IMG/VR virus record: IMGVR_UViG_3300025000_000061
Location: 32,001 to 96,000 of that record
Source: a virus
DNA length: 64,000 nt
Strand: one strand, 5' to 3'
This document shows positions 27,817 to 38,779 of this stretch, one piece after another; position 1 is the stretch's first letter; each line of letters opens with the position of its first letter. A program made the position numbers and the translations under genes. The notes beneath the pieces are model-generated. The model was not told the origin of the DNA. It worked only from the letters and a program-made list of their open reading frames with translations, and did not search any database.

Positions 27817-29070
27817 GTGGGTGCTACAGCACTAAGCGTTAAAGATTTTGTAATTGATATTTCTGAAGCAAAAGAAAAAACAAAACAAAAAAAGATTCAA
27901 CAAAAACAAAAAGCAAAAACTACATATAATGTGATTCTACAAAATAATATTGATTTTGTAATACACAAGAAAACTACAACTACAGATAAGAATTTAGTAT
28001 TTTTAATTAGTCAAAATCAATTTTATATTCAAGATAATAAAACTAAAGATATTGATACTCTATCCAAAGAAAAATTACGTGGATTTTTTCAATCAATATA
28101 TTGGGATAAATTTGAGAAACTAGATAGGGTCGTTTGGTGGCAAGGAAGTCCTGAAAAAATGATAGAGAAAATGATTGAAATAGTTAGCAATACAGATATG
28201 CAAAAAATGTACCAACATGGAATTTGCGTTGATAGGTATAAAATAGATTCTTGGAAAGAGTCATTTAACAATAATGTTAAGTTATTTAAATATTGCTATG
28301 ATAAATGTCAAGAATCAAGAACAAACAGAAGTTATTTTGATCATATATTAAAACTTGCAACTACTATTGAAAAAGAAATAAATTTTAATAATGCAAGATT
28401 ATTTATTGATAAATTTTGCGAATCTAATGTAAAAATGTTTTTAGAAGAAGGATATAAATATAATGCTAATATTAAACCAAATCATGAAATGTTCTTAAAT
28501 TTAATTAATACATATTCATTAGATTTTAGTAGATTTATTGATTATATTTCTATTGATTTATATTCTCAAGGAATTAGTCAATTTGATAAAAATATATTAA
28601 CTGAATATAATGATTATTTACAAATGCAAGTTAAATTGTATGATAAGGTTAAAGAAAAATATCCTAAATATTTAAGAACTGAACATGATATTGTTGCTTT
28701 AAAGGTAACTTTATATGAAAAACATAAACAGGAATTGATGTTACTTGACATAGTAGACAATTTTAAACATTTAGAGTATAAAGATAGAGAATTTTGTATT
28801 GTATTACCTGAATCAAGTATGAATATAGTTGACGAAGGGGTTAATTTGTCGCATTGTGTCGCAGATTATATTGACAAGGTAGCAAATAATGAAAAATTAA
28901 TTGTATTTTTAAGAACAGTAGATGAACCAGATAAATCATTGGTTACAGTAGAAATAAAAGATAATTCTATTGTTCAAGCAAAAGGATATGCAAATAGATT
29001 AATTAATAAGGAAGAAGAAAAGTTTTTAAAGAAATGGGCAAAAGCAAAAGAATTACATTATAGTATTTAA
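27817..29070 (+). CDS. PcfJ-domain protein
   Basis: C-terminal DEGVNLSHCVADY..IVFLR..SLVTVEI..IVQAKGYANR. Confidence 0.85.
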   Translation: MGATALSVKDFVIDISEAKEKTKQKKIQQKQKAKTTYNVILQNNIDFVIHKKTTTTDKNLVFLISQNQFYIQDNKTKDIDTLSKEKLRGFFQSIYWDKFEKLDRVVWWQGSPEKMIEKMIEIVSNTDMQKMYQHGICVDRYKIDSWKESFNNNVKLFKYCYDKCQESRTNRSYFDHILKLATTIEKEINFNNARLFIDKFCESNVKMFLEEGYKYNANIKPNHEMFLNLINTYSLDFSRFIDYISIDLYSQGISQFDKNILTEYNDYLQMQVKLYDKVKEKYPKYLRTEHDIVALKVTLYEKHKQELMLLDIVDNFKHLEYKDREFCIVLPESSMNIVDEGVNLSHCVADYIDKVANNEKLIVFLRTVDEPDKSLVTVEIKDNSIVQAKGYANRLINKEEEKFLKKWAKAKELHYSI

Positions 29071-29110
29071 TGAAATAATAAAATAAAAATATAAAAAGGA
29101 GAATGATATT

Positions 29111-30343
29111 ATGAAAATTGAAGTAGGAATGAAATGTAAACAAATTAAGGCAATTGAAAAGTATGGTTTTGATTGTATTGGTATGGAATTTGAAATCACA
29201 AAAATAGATGACAATGTGATTATGTGTATGGGTAATGGAATTGGTTTTGGCATTGATCCTAATGAGTTTGAGAATTATTTTGAAATAGTTAAAGAGAAAG
29301 TTAAGGAAAAAGGGAAAGAAGATTGCATTATGAACACAAACTACAAAGGCAAAAAAATTAGAATTATCAACACAGAAGGATTCATTAGAGATGATTACAA
29401 AGATTTGGATAAATATATTGGTCAAACAGGAATCGTTAGATGGGATTTTGAAGGTAGTGAACATAGATTATCTATAAAATTTGATAATGAAGTATTAGAT
29501 AGTATAAATGAAAGTAATGGTAGATTATGTTTTAGAGTTGATAGTGTAAAGTTTATTGATGATACTTGTGAAAGAAATATTGATAAAGATAATAAAAATA
29601 AAACTTTAGATATTAATGATATTAAAATTGGTCAAAAATATAGAGTAATTAAGAACAGAGATACTCGTTATGGTTCATGTAGAGATTTAATAGAAATCGA
29701 AAGTCAAGAAGTTGAAATTATGGGGTTGAATGTAGGAGTTAATGGAGATATAAGGATTAAATCAAAAAATAATATACATATTTGTAGAGTTGAAAATCTT
29801 GATAAAATTAATAGTTACGCAAAATTAGGTGATATTGTAGAATTATCAAATGGTTTAAAAATGAAGATATGTGAAGATGAAAATATTAATGGATATTATA
29901 AAACGGTAGATATCTTTACTAATAAAAATATAACAACATATATATCAGAGAATAAATTAAAAGAATATTATTTAGGTAATAAAGTTTGGGGATATGATGC
30001 ATACAAATATGAAATAATTAATATTAAAACTGAGGAAATTAAAAAAGAAACAAAATCTGTAAAAACAAATAAAGTTTATTTCTATAAGATGATACCACAT
30101 AAAATTAATTGGGAAATAACACATGATGATGAAATAATAAATCAAACAACTGATTCAGGTGATGAATCATATAAACTAATAATCAATGGATTAACTACTA
30201 TTGTTATTCTTGATGACGGATGTAAGGGTGTAGCAAAGTGTTTGCCTAGTGATGAATATGATATGGATAAAGGAGTAGATATAGCTTACACGAAAGCATT
30301 AATTAAATCTTATCAGAAAAAATTAAAGAGATTGGTAAAATAG
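29111..30343 (+). CDS. Multidomain hypothetical protein (several small beta domains; C-terminal TIVIL..GVAKC.P.DEYD..KG..IA domain)
   Basis: Long ORF with SD. Confidence 0.75.
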   Translation: MKIEVGMKCKQIKAIEKYGFDCIGMEFEITKIDDNVIMCMGNGIGFGIDPNEFENYFEIVKEKVKEKGKEDCIMNTNYKGKKIRIINTEGFIRDDYKDLDKYIGQTGIVRWDFEGSEHRLSIKFDNEVLDSINESNGRLCFRVDSVKFIDDTCERNIDKDNKNKTLDINDIKIGQKYRVIKNRDTRYGSCRDLIEIESQEVEIMGLNVGVNGDIRIKSKNNIHICRVENLDKINSYAKLGDIVELSNGLKMKICEDENINGYYKTVDIFTNKNITTYISENKLKEYYLGNKVWGYDAYKYEIINIKTEEIKKETKSVKTNKVYFYKMIPHKINWEITHDDEIINQTTDSGDESYKLIINGLTTIVILDDGCKGVAKCLPSDEYDMDKGVDIAYTKALIKSYQKKLKRLVK

Positions 30344-30460
30344 TTTAATTCAAAAATATTGATTTTAGAAACTGTTGATTTATAATGGTTTCTAAACTTC
30401 AATATTTGCACAAAAGAGAATTTTTATCGTGATATAAAAGGAAAATAAGAGGTAATTTAT

Positions 30461-30736
30461 ATGGAAAACTTATTAATTGGTACAATTATTATATATAGTG
30501 TTATTAGTATGCTTATTTCTGGAATACATGTAGATTATTATATAAAAGAAAATATTAACCCATTCAAAGATGCCAAAGATTCAATTAAAGAAATAGAAAC
30601 AATTGGTGATTTAATTATTTTTATACTATTATCTTATGCTTGGTTAATTGCAGTATTGTTTTATGGTATAGTGAAAGTATTCTATAATCGTTATACAATT
30701 TCTTTAATGAATGTAAGAATAAAGAAGAAAGGATAA
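30461..30736 (+). CDS. Membrane protein (2 TM)
   Basis: Hydrophobic segments; SD. Confidence 0.7.
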   Translation: MENLLIGTIIIYSVISMLISGIHVDYYIKENINPFKDAKDSIKEIETIGDLIIFILLSYAWLIAVLFYGIVKVFYNRYTISLMNVRIKKKG

Positions 30737-30741
30737 AATAT

Positions 30742-30972
30742 ATGAATAGATTGATTATTAGTAATAATCCTTCAGATTTTACTGTAATAGATCATACTTA
30801 TCATGAAATTAAAGGTAATTATGAATTTTCATTTTATCAAAATCTAAATTATGGTGGTATAAGTAAATATGGTGAAATAGTTATTGATGATTTTGATATT
30901 GATAAAGTGATTGAATATTTACAGTTAATGAAAAAGTTAGGGGATAGAAACAAAGAAAGGAGAGAAATATGA
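30742..30972 (+). CDS. Hypothetical protein
   Basis: ORF with SD. Confidence 0.7.
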   Translation: MNRLIISNNPSDFTVIDHTYHEIKGNYEFSFYQNLNYGGISKYGEIVIDDFDIDKVIEYLQLMKKLGDRNKERREI

Positions 30973-31433
30973 ATCCAACAATTAAAAAACTCTTAGAAAC
31001 AAAACAACCTAAAATAACTACATTATCAGACAAAGAAAAAAGAATATATAAAACTGGTCTAACTATGTTAGGTGCAATTATATCTGATGATTTCTTTGAT
31101 ATTCCTAGATTACCTAAAGATAAATATTCTACTGAAGGATTATTTTATGAAATTACTTATTATGATAGTGATCAATTGTGGACACAAAGTGATGGACAAA
31201 GATTTCTTTTAGTAGTATATAAAATTGAAAAAAGTAAATTAGGTATGAGTTCTCGGTGTCCATTAAGAATTGATTTTAAAATTGTTGATGAAAAGAATTA
31301 TGGTATATATTTTTATGATCAGTCTGGACAGAGGACTGTAAAAAGAGATTTAATGTCTTGTGAAGATGGTAAGTATTATACTGAAATTGATAATTATGAT
31401 AGGGTTAAATTGAGTAAATTGGTGAATATTTAA
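30969..31433 (+). CDS. Hypothetical protein
   Basis: ORF with SD. Confidence 0.75.
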   Translation: MNPTIKKLLETKQPKITTLSDKEKRIYKTGLTMLGAIISDDFFDIPRLPKDKYSTEGLFYEITYYDSDQLWTQSDGQRFLLVVYKIEKSKLGMSSRCPLRIDFKIVDEKNYGIYFYDQSGQRTVKRDLMSCEDGKYYTEIDNYDRVKLSKLVNI

Positions 31434-31641
31434 TGGATAAATATGAGAAGGAGATAAATATGAATAAATTTATAAAAAGATTAAAGAAAAGAATTAAAAT
31501 GAAATTTTGTAAGCATGAATATGAATGGAAAGCATCTTATTTAGTGATGTTTCAACAATGTAAAAAATGTGGGAAGGTAATACCATAAGATAGATAATAA
31601 AAAAATCAACACAAATCATTTCTTTCGTCATGATTTTAGTA

Positions 31642-31670
31642 TTGACAAAATACAAAAATAAATATAAAAT
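31642..31670 (+). promoter_or_regulatory. Sigma-A promoter
   Basis: TTGACA-17 bp-TAAAAT, 8 bp downstream of a 28-bp repeat. Confidence 0.7.
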
Positions 31671-31705
31671 ATAATAAAACAAAATGAAAGGAGGATAGAT
31701 AAAAT

Positions 31706-31963
31706 ATGGGTAATTTAAACAAAGAAAAAATTAATAATTTGTTTCAACAAATAAAAGATGAGTTATTCCAAAATGAAATAGATGAAGAGTATAATAATTA
31801 TATGATAAAGGTTAAAGAATTGCAAAAAGGATTATGTGAATTAGATATTAAAGAAAGTCAACCAGAAACATATATCCATGCTAGAAATGATGAAATAGAT
31901 GGTTATGGTTATAAAAAGAAAAATAATTATTGCAATTGTAGTGGCAACGGTGGAATATATTAA
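31706..31963 (+). CDS. Hypothetical protein
   Basis: ORF with SD. Confidence 0.7.
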   Translation: MGNLNKEKINNLFQQIKDELFQNEIDEEYNNYMIKVKELQKGLCELDIKESQPETYIHARNDEIDGYGYKKKNNYCNCSGNGGIY

Positions 31964-32013
31964 ATTAAAAATATTAAAATAAAAATAAAATAAAAATACA
32001 TAATAAAGGAGAA

Positions 32014-32229
32014 ATGATTATATGTCATTCACATGTCAAATTTGTAAAACGCCTCAACCAGCAAGAAATAAACCACATAAAGTCTGAAACAAGAGATAGG
32101 CAATATATTAATTTAGATGCAAATGGTATTGCTAAAATTTCTTCAGGTTATGAGACAGTTAAGGAACAAAATTTATGTGAAAAATGCTGGATAAAAAGGT
32201 TTAATGGTTATAATTCTATACGTTCATAA
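32014..32229 (+). CDS. Hypothetical protein
   Basis: ORF. Confidence 0.55.
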   Translation: MIICHSHVKFVKRLNQQEINHIKSETRDRQYINLDANGIAKISSGYETVKEQNLCEKCWIKRFNGYNSIRS

Positions 32230-32253
32230 TTAATAATAGAAAGGAGAATAAAT

Positions 32254-32667
32254 ATGTTAGAGTGGAAACAAGTAGAATTAGAAGATTCAATAAATGATGA
32301 AAATGAACAAGAATACAAAACAGAAAAGAAAATAATTAAAGGTGAAATATATTTCTTTCTGAAAAATGGATATATAGAAACTTCTTATAAAGAATATACT
32401 GATGCAGAAAAATCATTTGTAAATATGTATCCGACAGAATATGAAATATATGATTTAATGAGTGGAATAGATTTTGCTGATAATGTTGAATGTGGTGGTT
32501 TTATAGATTATGATGGTTCGATTGCACAAATATTTGTGGATGACTATAAAAGCAATTTAGGTATTTGGGATCATGGAATACATCAAGGGAAATTTTGTTT
32601 AGGGCAATATGATTTTAGAAAGTTATGTGAAAAATATAATATCGAAGTTAATTGGGCAAATAGATAA
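32254..32667 (+). CDS. Hypothetical protein
   Basis: ORF with SD; GGFIDYDG motif. Confidence 0.75.
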   Translation: MLEWKQVELEDSINDENEQEYKTEKKIIKGEIYFFLKNGYIETSYKEYTDAEKSFVNMYPTEYEIYDLMSGIDFADNVECGGFIDYDGSIAQIFVDDYKSNLGIWDHGIHQGKFCLGQYDFRKLCEKYNIEVNWANR

Positions 32668-32949
32668 TACATATATACTAGATATAGTAAGCATGTAAGA
32701 GATATTCTACTATATCTAGTATTAAAAACAACACAAAATCAGGCTTTTGTCACAATATTTAAGAAAGGGGAGGAATTATCTTGGAAAACAAATATCCACT
32801 TAAAGAATGTTATGAATGTAAATTTAATTATTGTTGGATTGATTATGGTGATTGCAAATTTATTGAAGGTTGAATTTATTGAAGGTTGTATATCAAAATA
32901 TAAATATAGTTTATCAATTTTAGATTAAATTTAATAGGAGGAGAAAATT

Positions 32950-33300
32950 ATGCAAAAATATAGAAAGATACCTGATATTATTCTAGTAGAAATTTATAAA
33001 CTAGGAATGGAAGATGGATGGACAATTGAGTATTCAGGATTTTATTCTTATTGTAAAGAATTTAAGACAAGACAAGAATGTTTGGATTTTATTAAAAATG
33101 ATGAAGGTAAATTAGATTGTTATTCGGAAGATAGAGAATTAGATATTATATATGAAGATCCTATGCCATTTATTAAAACAACTGAAACTGAATATGATGT
33201 AAAAGAAGGAGATTATATTATTGTAGATGATAAAGGTAAAAAGTTACGTGTTGTTAAGAAAGATATATTTGAAAAGACTTATGAATTAATTGATAAATAA
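32950..33300 (+). CDS. PGDYG-like phage protein
   Basis: KYRK.P N-terminus and EGDYII..VKKDIFEKTYE C-terminus. Confidence 0.7.
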   Translation: MQKYRKIPDIILVEIYKLGMEDGWTIEYSGFYSYCKEFKTRQECLDFIKNDEGKLDCYSEDRELDIIYEDPMPFIKTTETEYDVKEGDYIIVDDKGKKLRVVKKDIFEKTYELIDK

Positions 33301-33327
33301 AAATTAAATATAAGGAGAAATAAAACT

Positions 33328-33606
33328 ATGATAGGTAAATGTGATGTTTGTGGAAAAGAAGAAGAAATTTATGTACGTTCTTCAACTATGGGTGCAATTA
33401 GTTTTGCCTATTGCAAAGATTGTTTACAAAAAGGTTTAGAACCTTACAATGCTGTAGTTGCTTATATTTCTTGTGTTGGTAGATTTCCAGATGATATTAA
33501 TGAAAATTATCAAAATTATGTTAGAAATATTTTAAAGGAATTAGGTATTAGTGAAGAACAATTTATTAAAGATGTAGATAAAATGAATGCTGAGTATCCT
33601 TATTAG
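33328..33606 (+). CDS. Zinc-finger hypothetical protein
   Basis: CDVC...YCKDC. Confidence 0.75.
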   Translation: MIGKCDVCGKEEEIYVRSSTMGAISFAYCKDCLQKGLEPYNAVVAYISCVGRFPDDINENYQNYVRNILKELGISEEQFIKDVDKMNAEYPY

Positions 33607-33627
33607 GGATTAAGAAAGGAATTTTAT

Positions 33628-33981
33628 ATGAACAAATACGAATATAAGATAGAATTTAATTGCAAGAGTAATGAATTACAAAATATTATTGATAAAATAA
33701 CAAATATAATCAAACATGAATTATCTCAACATATAGAAAATATTATGCCTACATTTACAGTTTTAGAAGAAAATGAATTAAGGTATTACGTAAATATTTC
33801 TTATGATGGATTAACTGTAACACAAGAAGAAAAAGAAATACCAATTGATCATCATGTTAATTATGCATGTTGGGATAGAAGTGGTTATGGTGGAGTATAT
33901 GCATATTCAAATAAAAGTATGGAACATGCAGAAGAATTAGCAAGAAAATGTTTTAAGCAAGGAGCAGGGTGTGTTAATTAA
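33628..33981 (+). CDS. Hypothetical protein
   Basis: ORF with SD. Confidence 0.7.
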   Translation: MNKYEYKIEFNCKSNELQNIIDKITNIIKHELSQHIENIMPTFTVLEENELRYYVNISYDGLTVTQEEKEIPIDHHVNYACWDRSGYGGVYAYSNKSMEHAEELARKCFKQGAGCVN

Positions 33982-34097
33982 TAAATATTTAGGAAAGGAG
34001 AAAATATGATAGTTAAAAAGTTTATGGATGTGCCTGAGTGGATTTTAAAATGTGTTGATTATTAAAAATAATTTAATGTTAAAAGTGAGGTGATAAT

Positions 34098-34361
34098 TTG
34101 AATAATATAATTAAACAAATATTAAATGTCATTGGTGATCATGAAGGAAGTAAATTCACTTTAACTATTTGGCCTCCAGATGAGATATACATATCAATTT
34201 ATGAAACAGACGTATTAATTGAAATTAATAAGAAAGAAAAATGTGCTTATGTTAATACTGAAACAATGGAACATCATTTAACTTCAAGTATGTTAGATGA
34301 ATTAAGTCAAATTATTAAAATAATAGATAATAATATTGATGTAGTTTTAGGTTGTTTATAA
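34098..34361 (+). CDS. Hypothetical protein
   Basis: TTG start with GAGGTG SD. Confidence 0.7.
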   Translation: MNNIIKQILNVIGDHEGSKFTLTIWPPDEIYISIYETDVLIEINKKEKCAYVNTETMEHHLTSSMLDELSQIIKIIDNNIDVVLGCL

Positions 34362-34390
34362 AACAATAAAATAAAAGGAGAGATTATTAT

Positions 34391-34621
34391 ATGAAAAAAT
34401 ATAATTCTGAAATGTGGGGAAAGTTAGGAGAGTGTATTTATCTTAGATTTACTCCTAATTATGTCAAAAAAACAACTGGAAAAGATGCAGAAATTAAATT
34501 TTATTTAGCTGATGATTTTGATAAAAAATTTGGTGGTATGTCCTCTGTTCCTATTGAAGTAGCAGAAGATGTTGAAGGAAAATATGAAGCAGTTTGCGAA
34601 TATGGTATTGAGATTCGTTAA
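34391..34621 (+). CDS. Hypothetical protein
   Basis: ORF with SD. Confidence 0.7.
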   Translation: MKKYNSEMWGKLGECIYLRFTPNYVKKTTGKDAEIKFYLADDFDKKFGGMSSVPIEVAEDVEGKYEAVCEYGIEIR

Positions 34622-34957
34622 ATAAAAAAAGTATATACTATATATTGTAGTTGACTATTATTTTGACTACAATATATAGAAAAATATTAAGATCAAATCT
34701 GAAATTTATTAAAATATTAACTATATTAAAGGAGATGGTTTATTATGACAGTTAGCAAACCTGTTAAAATAGAAACAGAGATTGAAGATTTAACTACGGG
34801 ATGCACTTATATTTACAAAGGAACATTTATTGAGGATTGTAGAAAATATTTTCTATCACTATTTTATGGAAATAGACCTCATAAAATACTTTGGATTAAT
34901 CATTTATAAAATATAAATATAAATATTTTGTAATAAAATTAAAGGAGATAAAATATT

Positions 34958-35425
34958 ATGAAATCAATATTTCAAAAACCAGTACATGAAAGAATTTACT
35001 ATGTTTATAATTACAGTGATGGTTCTGCATGTGTGAATTATGATGATAAATTCAAAGAACATATAAATATTTATGAAACAGATAAAGAATTTGAATTAAA
35101 TGAAGGAGAAAAAATTTGCATTGAAAGAGAACCACTTACTATTAAAGAAATTATAAAAAGTGTTGATGATAATAGTATTATTTATATTACAAGAGAAATT
35201 GAAAAGATTGAAGATTTAGAATATAAAACTAAAATTGAAACAGAAGTAGAAAATATAAATAAAGAAAATAAAGAATATAAAGAAAAAGATAGAGAAAAAG
35301 AAAAAATAAAAGAGTTTGATAAATTTAAATTAGAAATGCAAAATAAATATTCATTTAAAAAGTACAAATATGGATTTATTGCTTCAGTTGTATTAAGTTT
35401 ATATTTACTAATTAAAGTTATGTAA
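34958..35425 (+). CDS. Hypothetical protein, paralog of 1445..1912, with C-terminal TM
   Basis: MKSIFQ start, KICI motif, same length. Confidence 0.75.
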   Translation: MKSIFQKPVHERIYYVYNYSDGSACVNYDDKFKEHINIYETDKEFELNEGEKICIEREPLTIKEIIKSVDDNSIIYITREIEKIEDLEYKTKIETEVENINKENKEYKEKDREKEKIKEFDKFKLEMQNKYSFKKYKYGFIASVVLSLYLLIKVM

Positions 35426-35453
35426 AAATTAATTTTAAAGGAGAGAAATTATT

Positions 35454-35837
35454 ATGTACTTTATAGAAAATCAAGAAGAATTAATTGGTAAAACAATTGC
35501 CTATGTAAACATGAATCAGTTTGCAGAGCGTATTTTAATTGCAACGACTGACGGAGGAATCTTAACAGTTTCTCAAGAATCGGATGAATATAATACAGAA
35601 ATAGAAATTCATAGTAAAATAAATACTAAATATCATATTCTAAATTGTAAAAAACATAATAGATATATTTATGAAAATTTAATAAAGTATGGAGTATTTA
35701 CCGAAGAAGAATATAATGAATTTGTTGATGAACACAAAAGGAAACAACAAGAACAAGAGAAATTAAGATTAGAAAGACAAAAACAATTAGAATTAGAGCA
35801 ATATTTAAAATTGAAAGCTAAATATGAGAATAATTAA
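35454..35837 (+). CDS. Hypothetical protein with C-terminal coiled coil
   Basis: ORF with SD. Confidence 0.75.
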   Translation: MYFIENQEELIGKTIAYVNMNQFAERILIATTDGGILTVSQESDEYNTEIEIHSKINTKYHILNCKKHNRYIYENLIKYGVFTEEEYNEFVDEHKRKQQEQEKLRLERQKQLELEQYLKLKAKYENN

Positions 35838-35856
35838 AGGAGAAAAACAAATATAA

Positions 35857-36330
35857 ATGAGTAATTTAACTTGGGATGAATATTTCATATCTATCGCATA
35901 CATAGCATCATTAAGAAGTAAAGACCCTAAAACCAAAGTAGGTTCATGTATAGTCAATCAAGATAATAGAATTATTAGTACAGGATACAACGGTATGCCA
36001 AATGGATGTGATGATACTCAAATGCCCTGGGAAAGAGCAGATGGTTTAAAAGATAAAAATTGGTATGTGGTACACTCAGAGTTAAATGCAATATTACATA
36101 GTAAAGTAGATTTAGAAGGATGCAAAATTTATGTTACTCTGTTTCCATGCAACGAGTGTACTAAAGCATTAATACAGTCAGGAATTAAAGAAATAATATA
36201 TTTGTCTGATAAATACAAAGATAGAGAACAAACTATAGCATCTAAATTCATGTTAGATAATGCAGGAATTAAGTATAGAAGGCTAGTGTCTGATGTTAGT
36301 TTTGAAGTTAATTTAAAGGTTATTGAGTAA
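35857..36330 (+). CDS. dCMP deaminase (ComEB/deoxycytidylate deaminase family)
   Basis: WDEYF, SKDP.TKVG, GYNG, HSELNA and FPCNEC motifs. Confidence 0.93.
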   Translation: MSNLTWDEYFISIAYIASLRSKDPKTKVGSCIVNQDNRIISTGYNGMPNGCDDTQMPWERADGLKDKNWYVVHSELNAILHSKVDLEGCKIYVTLFPCNECTKALIQSGIKEIIYLSDKYKDREQTIASKFMLDNAGIKYRRLVSDVSFEVNLKVIE

Positions 36331-36338
36331 AATGATGG

Positions 36339-36367
36339 TTGACAAATAGTTAACAGAATGATAAAAT
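36339..36367 (+). promoter_or_regulatory. Sigma-A promoter (AGAATGATAAAAT family)
   Basis: TTGACA-17 bp-TAAAAT with extended TG. Confidence 0.75.
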
Positions 36368-36389
36368 AATAAAAGGAGGATAATTATTT

Positions 36390-36608
36390 ATGTTGAATTT
36401 AAATTTACAGTTAGCAAAAGAAATTATTATTAAACAAAATGATGATGGTACACATAGTATTCAAGTAAAAATGGATGTATATGACTAAAATACAAATGAA
36501 TATATAGAAGGAAATTTTATGTTTGCAAAAACAGTAATAAATTTAGATAAAATGGATATAAAATGTTTGGAAGGTATTGATGATAATTTATATACTGTGC
36601 AGTTTTAA
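36390..36608 (+). pseudogene. Hypothetical gene with an in-frame TAA
   Basis: MLNLNLQLAKEIIIKQNDDGTHSIQVKMDVYD*NTNEYIEGNFMF.. Confidence 0.55.
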
Positions 36609-36775
36609 TGAATTGAAATTTAAAATAATTAATAAGGAGGATAAATACTATGTCATTTAAGTTATCAGAAAAATATCTTAAAAGAAAACAAGAAGAATAT
36701 GAATTAAAATATGTTACATTCAAAGGTAAAGAAATACATATCAGTTAAATAAAAGACAGATCGGTAACTTCGGAA

Positions 36776-36973
36776 ATGAAATTTGAAATGAGAATAAATT
36801 CATATGCACAAGATGATCTACCACCTAAATTAACTGATGAAGCATTAATTAATACTGCAAAATATTTTATGTCTCAATGTTCAAGACCAAAATTTCCATG
36901 TACTACTTATGATGAATCTTTGATACATAAGATTTTACCAGAGTTAATTAAAAGATTGGAAGAAAGATTATAA
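36776..36973 (+). CDS. Hypothetical protein
   Basis: ORF with weak SD. Confidence 0.55.
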   Translation: MKFEMRINSYAQDDLPPKLTDEALINTAKYFMSQCSRPKFPCTTYDESLIHKILPELIKRLEERL

Positions 36974-37400
36974 ATATAACGTAAAAGGAGAATAAATTAA
37001 AGTGAAATTAATTGAAAAATTACTTGAACTTAATAATGGGAATCAATTTAATGCAGAGTGTGACTGTCCATATAATTATCATAATGGTGAAATACCAGAA
37101 AATACATTTACACCTTATTGCGATGATGATGATGGTAGTGGTTGTGAAAGGTGTCATAATCAAGAATTAATAGATTGAAATAAATAGTAGGATTTATTAT
37201 GAAAAAGAGGAGGAAGTTAAATCAACTATGAGTAAAAAAGATAAAATTATGGAGTTAAAAATAAAGTCTTGCTATTCAATAGGTTGCATAATGGAAGTTG
37301 TTACTGCTATTAATGAATCTAAACTATCTTGTTTTGTTGAAAATAAATTAGACAAAGATAGTAATTATGTTTTGAGTATCTATAAATAATATTAATACCA

Positions 37401-37604
37401 ATGATAAGATTTGTAATAAAATTTAGGAGGATTATTATAAAAAGATTTAAAAATCTTGATGAATTAAATTTATATCTTGAAAATATGTATGGTTACGATG
37501 AGGAAGAATCTATTTATATGCTTTTAGAAGATTTCGAAAAAATTAAAAAAGCATTAGAACATATAAATCGTGTTGTTCAAAATGTTGAAAATATTATTGT
37601 TTAA
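37401..37604 (+). CDS. Hypothetical protein (start possibly ATA near 37437)
   Basis: ORF with internal AGGAGG SD. Confidence 0.55.
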   Translation: MIRFVIKFRRIIIKRFKNLDELNLYLENMYGYDEEESIYMLLEDFEKIKKALEHINRVVQNVENIIV

Positions 37605-37651
37605 GTTTAGACCAAAGAATCGTTTGATTTAAAAATAAAGGATGTGATAAT

Positions 37652-37924
37652 TTGATTGTAAAACTAATATTATCATTTTTATTTATGACAGTAATGATTA
37701 TCGGAATAATATTTAGTATTGTTGGTATTAAATTGATTTGCTATTTTATTGGTGAATATTATAATGATAAATTAAATGAAAATATTAAAAATAAGATTAA
37801 AATAATAAATAATATAATTAACAAAATAGCAAAAATATTTGATATTATAATCACTATAATAATTGCAATTAGTTTTATAGGAATATTAATACTTATAGGT
37901 TATACAATTTTATTTGCTAAATAA
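37652..37924 (+). CDS. Membrane protein (2 TM)
   Basis: Hydrophobic segments. Confidence 0.7.
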   Translation: MIVKLILSFLFMTVMIIGIIFSIVGIKLICYFIGEYYNDKLNENIKNKIKIINNIINKIAKIFDIIITIIIAISFIGILILIGYTILFAK

Positions 37925-37927
37925 ATT

Positions 37928-38353
37928 ATGATTAAAGTTACGTTTGAACACAATATTTCAAAAAAGGAGATTAATATGAGTGATTATATATCAACAAAAT
38001 GTATTAGATTACATACGCAACATCAAGATTTAGAAAGTATATTAAGTTATTTAGGTAAAAGTGAATTATATAATAATCTAAAAGAACAAGATAATTTAGA
38101 CATATATGAAATCAATGAAATATTAGAAAAAGAAAATATAAGAATAATAGAATATAAAAATATATATTACATTGATATTATTTTGCAAAATGAATATGGT
38201 GAGCAAGAAGTGAGTTTATATATATCATTTAATGAGATTAATAATATTATTATTGATGATTTTATTGATAAATACGGTAATGTAGAAATATTAGATATAA
38301 TTATATTAGCACATAATTGGTATAATTGTTGTGAAGAACCTTATAGTTGTTAA
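37928..38353 (+). CDS. Hypothetical protein
   Basis: ORF; the SD favours the internal ATG (MSDY). Confidence 0.7.
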   Translation: MIKVTFEHNISKKEINMSDYISTKCIRLHTQHQDLESILSYLGKSELYNNLKEQDNLDIYEINEILEKENIRIIEYKNIYYIDIILQNEYGEQEVSLYISFNEINNIIIDDFIDKYGNVEILDIIILAHNWYNCCEEPYSC

Positions 38354-38372
38354 ATAGAAAAGGAGAGTTAAT

Positions 38373-38573
38373 ATGGCAAACACAGATAAATTACAAAAAT
38401 TATTAAATAACTTAACTAAAATTAATTGTCCAATGCTAGAATGTAAATATTGTTTCATTAACGAAGAAAATGATGATTGGCCTGATTGTGAAAAACCCAC
38501 AACAATCAAAGATGGGTATCTTAAATGCCTTGGTTTTAAAGAAATAACTTGCCCATTTTTTGAATCGAGATAA
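38373..38573 (+). CDS. Small Cys-rich protein
   Basis: ORF with SD. Confidence 0.7.
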   Translation: MANTDKLQKLLNNLTKINCPMLECKYCFINEENDDWPDCEKPTTIKDGYLKCLGFKEITCPFFESR

Positions 38574-38779
38574 GGAGGATATATTATGGCAGATGTAATG
38601 TTTAAAATTTATAATCATTATGAAAAAGATGGTTTATATTTTATAGAAACAGATTATGGTGAGTTATATACAGAAAATAAAAAAGATTATGATAAAACAA
38701 TTGAAGATGGGTTTATTATTCTTAAATTAGATGAATACGATTATGATATATAATTTTAAAAATTAAAGGAAATAATCTA

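Noticed and set aside
17173-36608. Stop-codon reassignment
   Set aside because: I saw only two isolated in-frame stops, of different types (TGA and TAA), and all three stops end intact genes normally.
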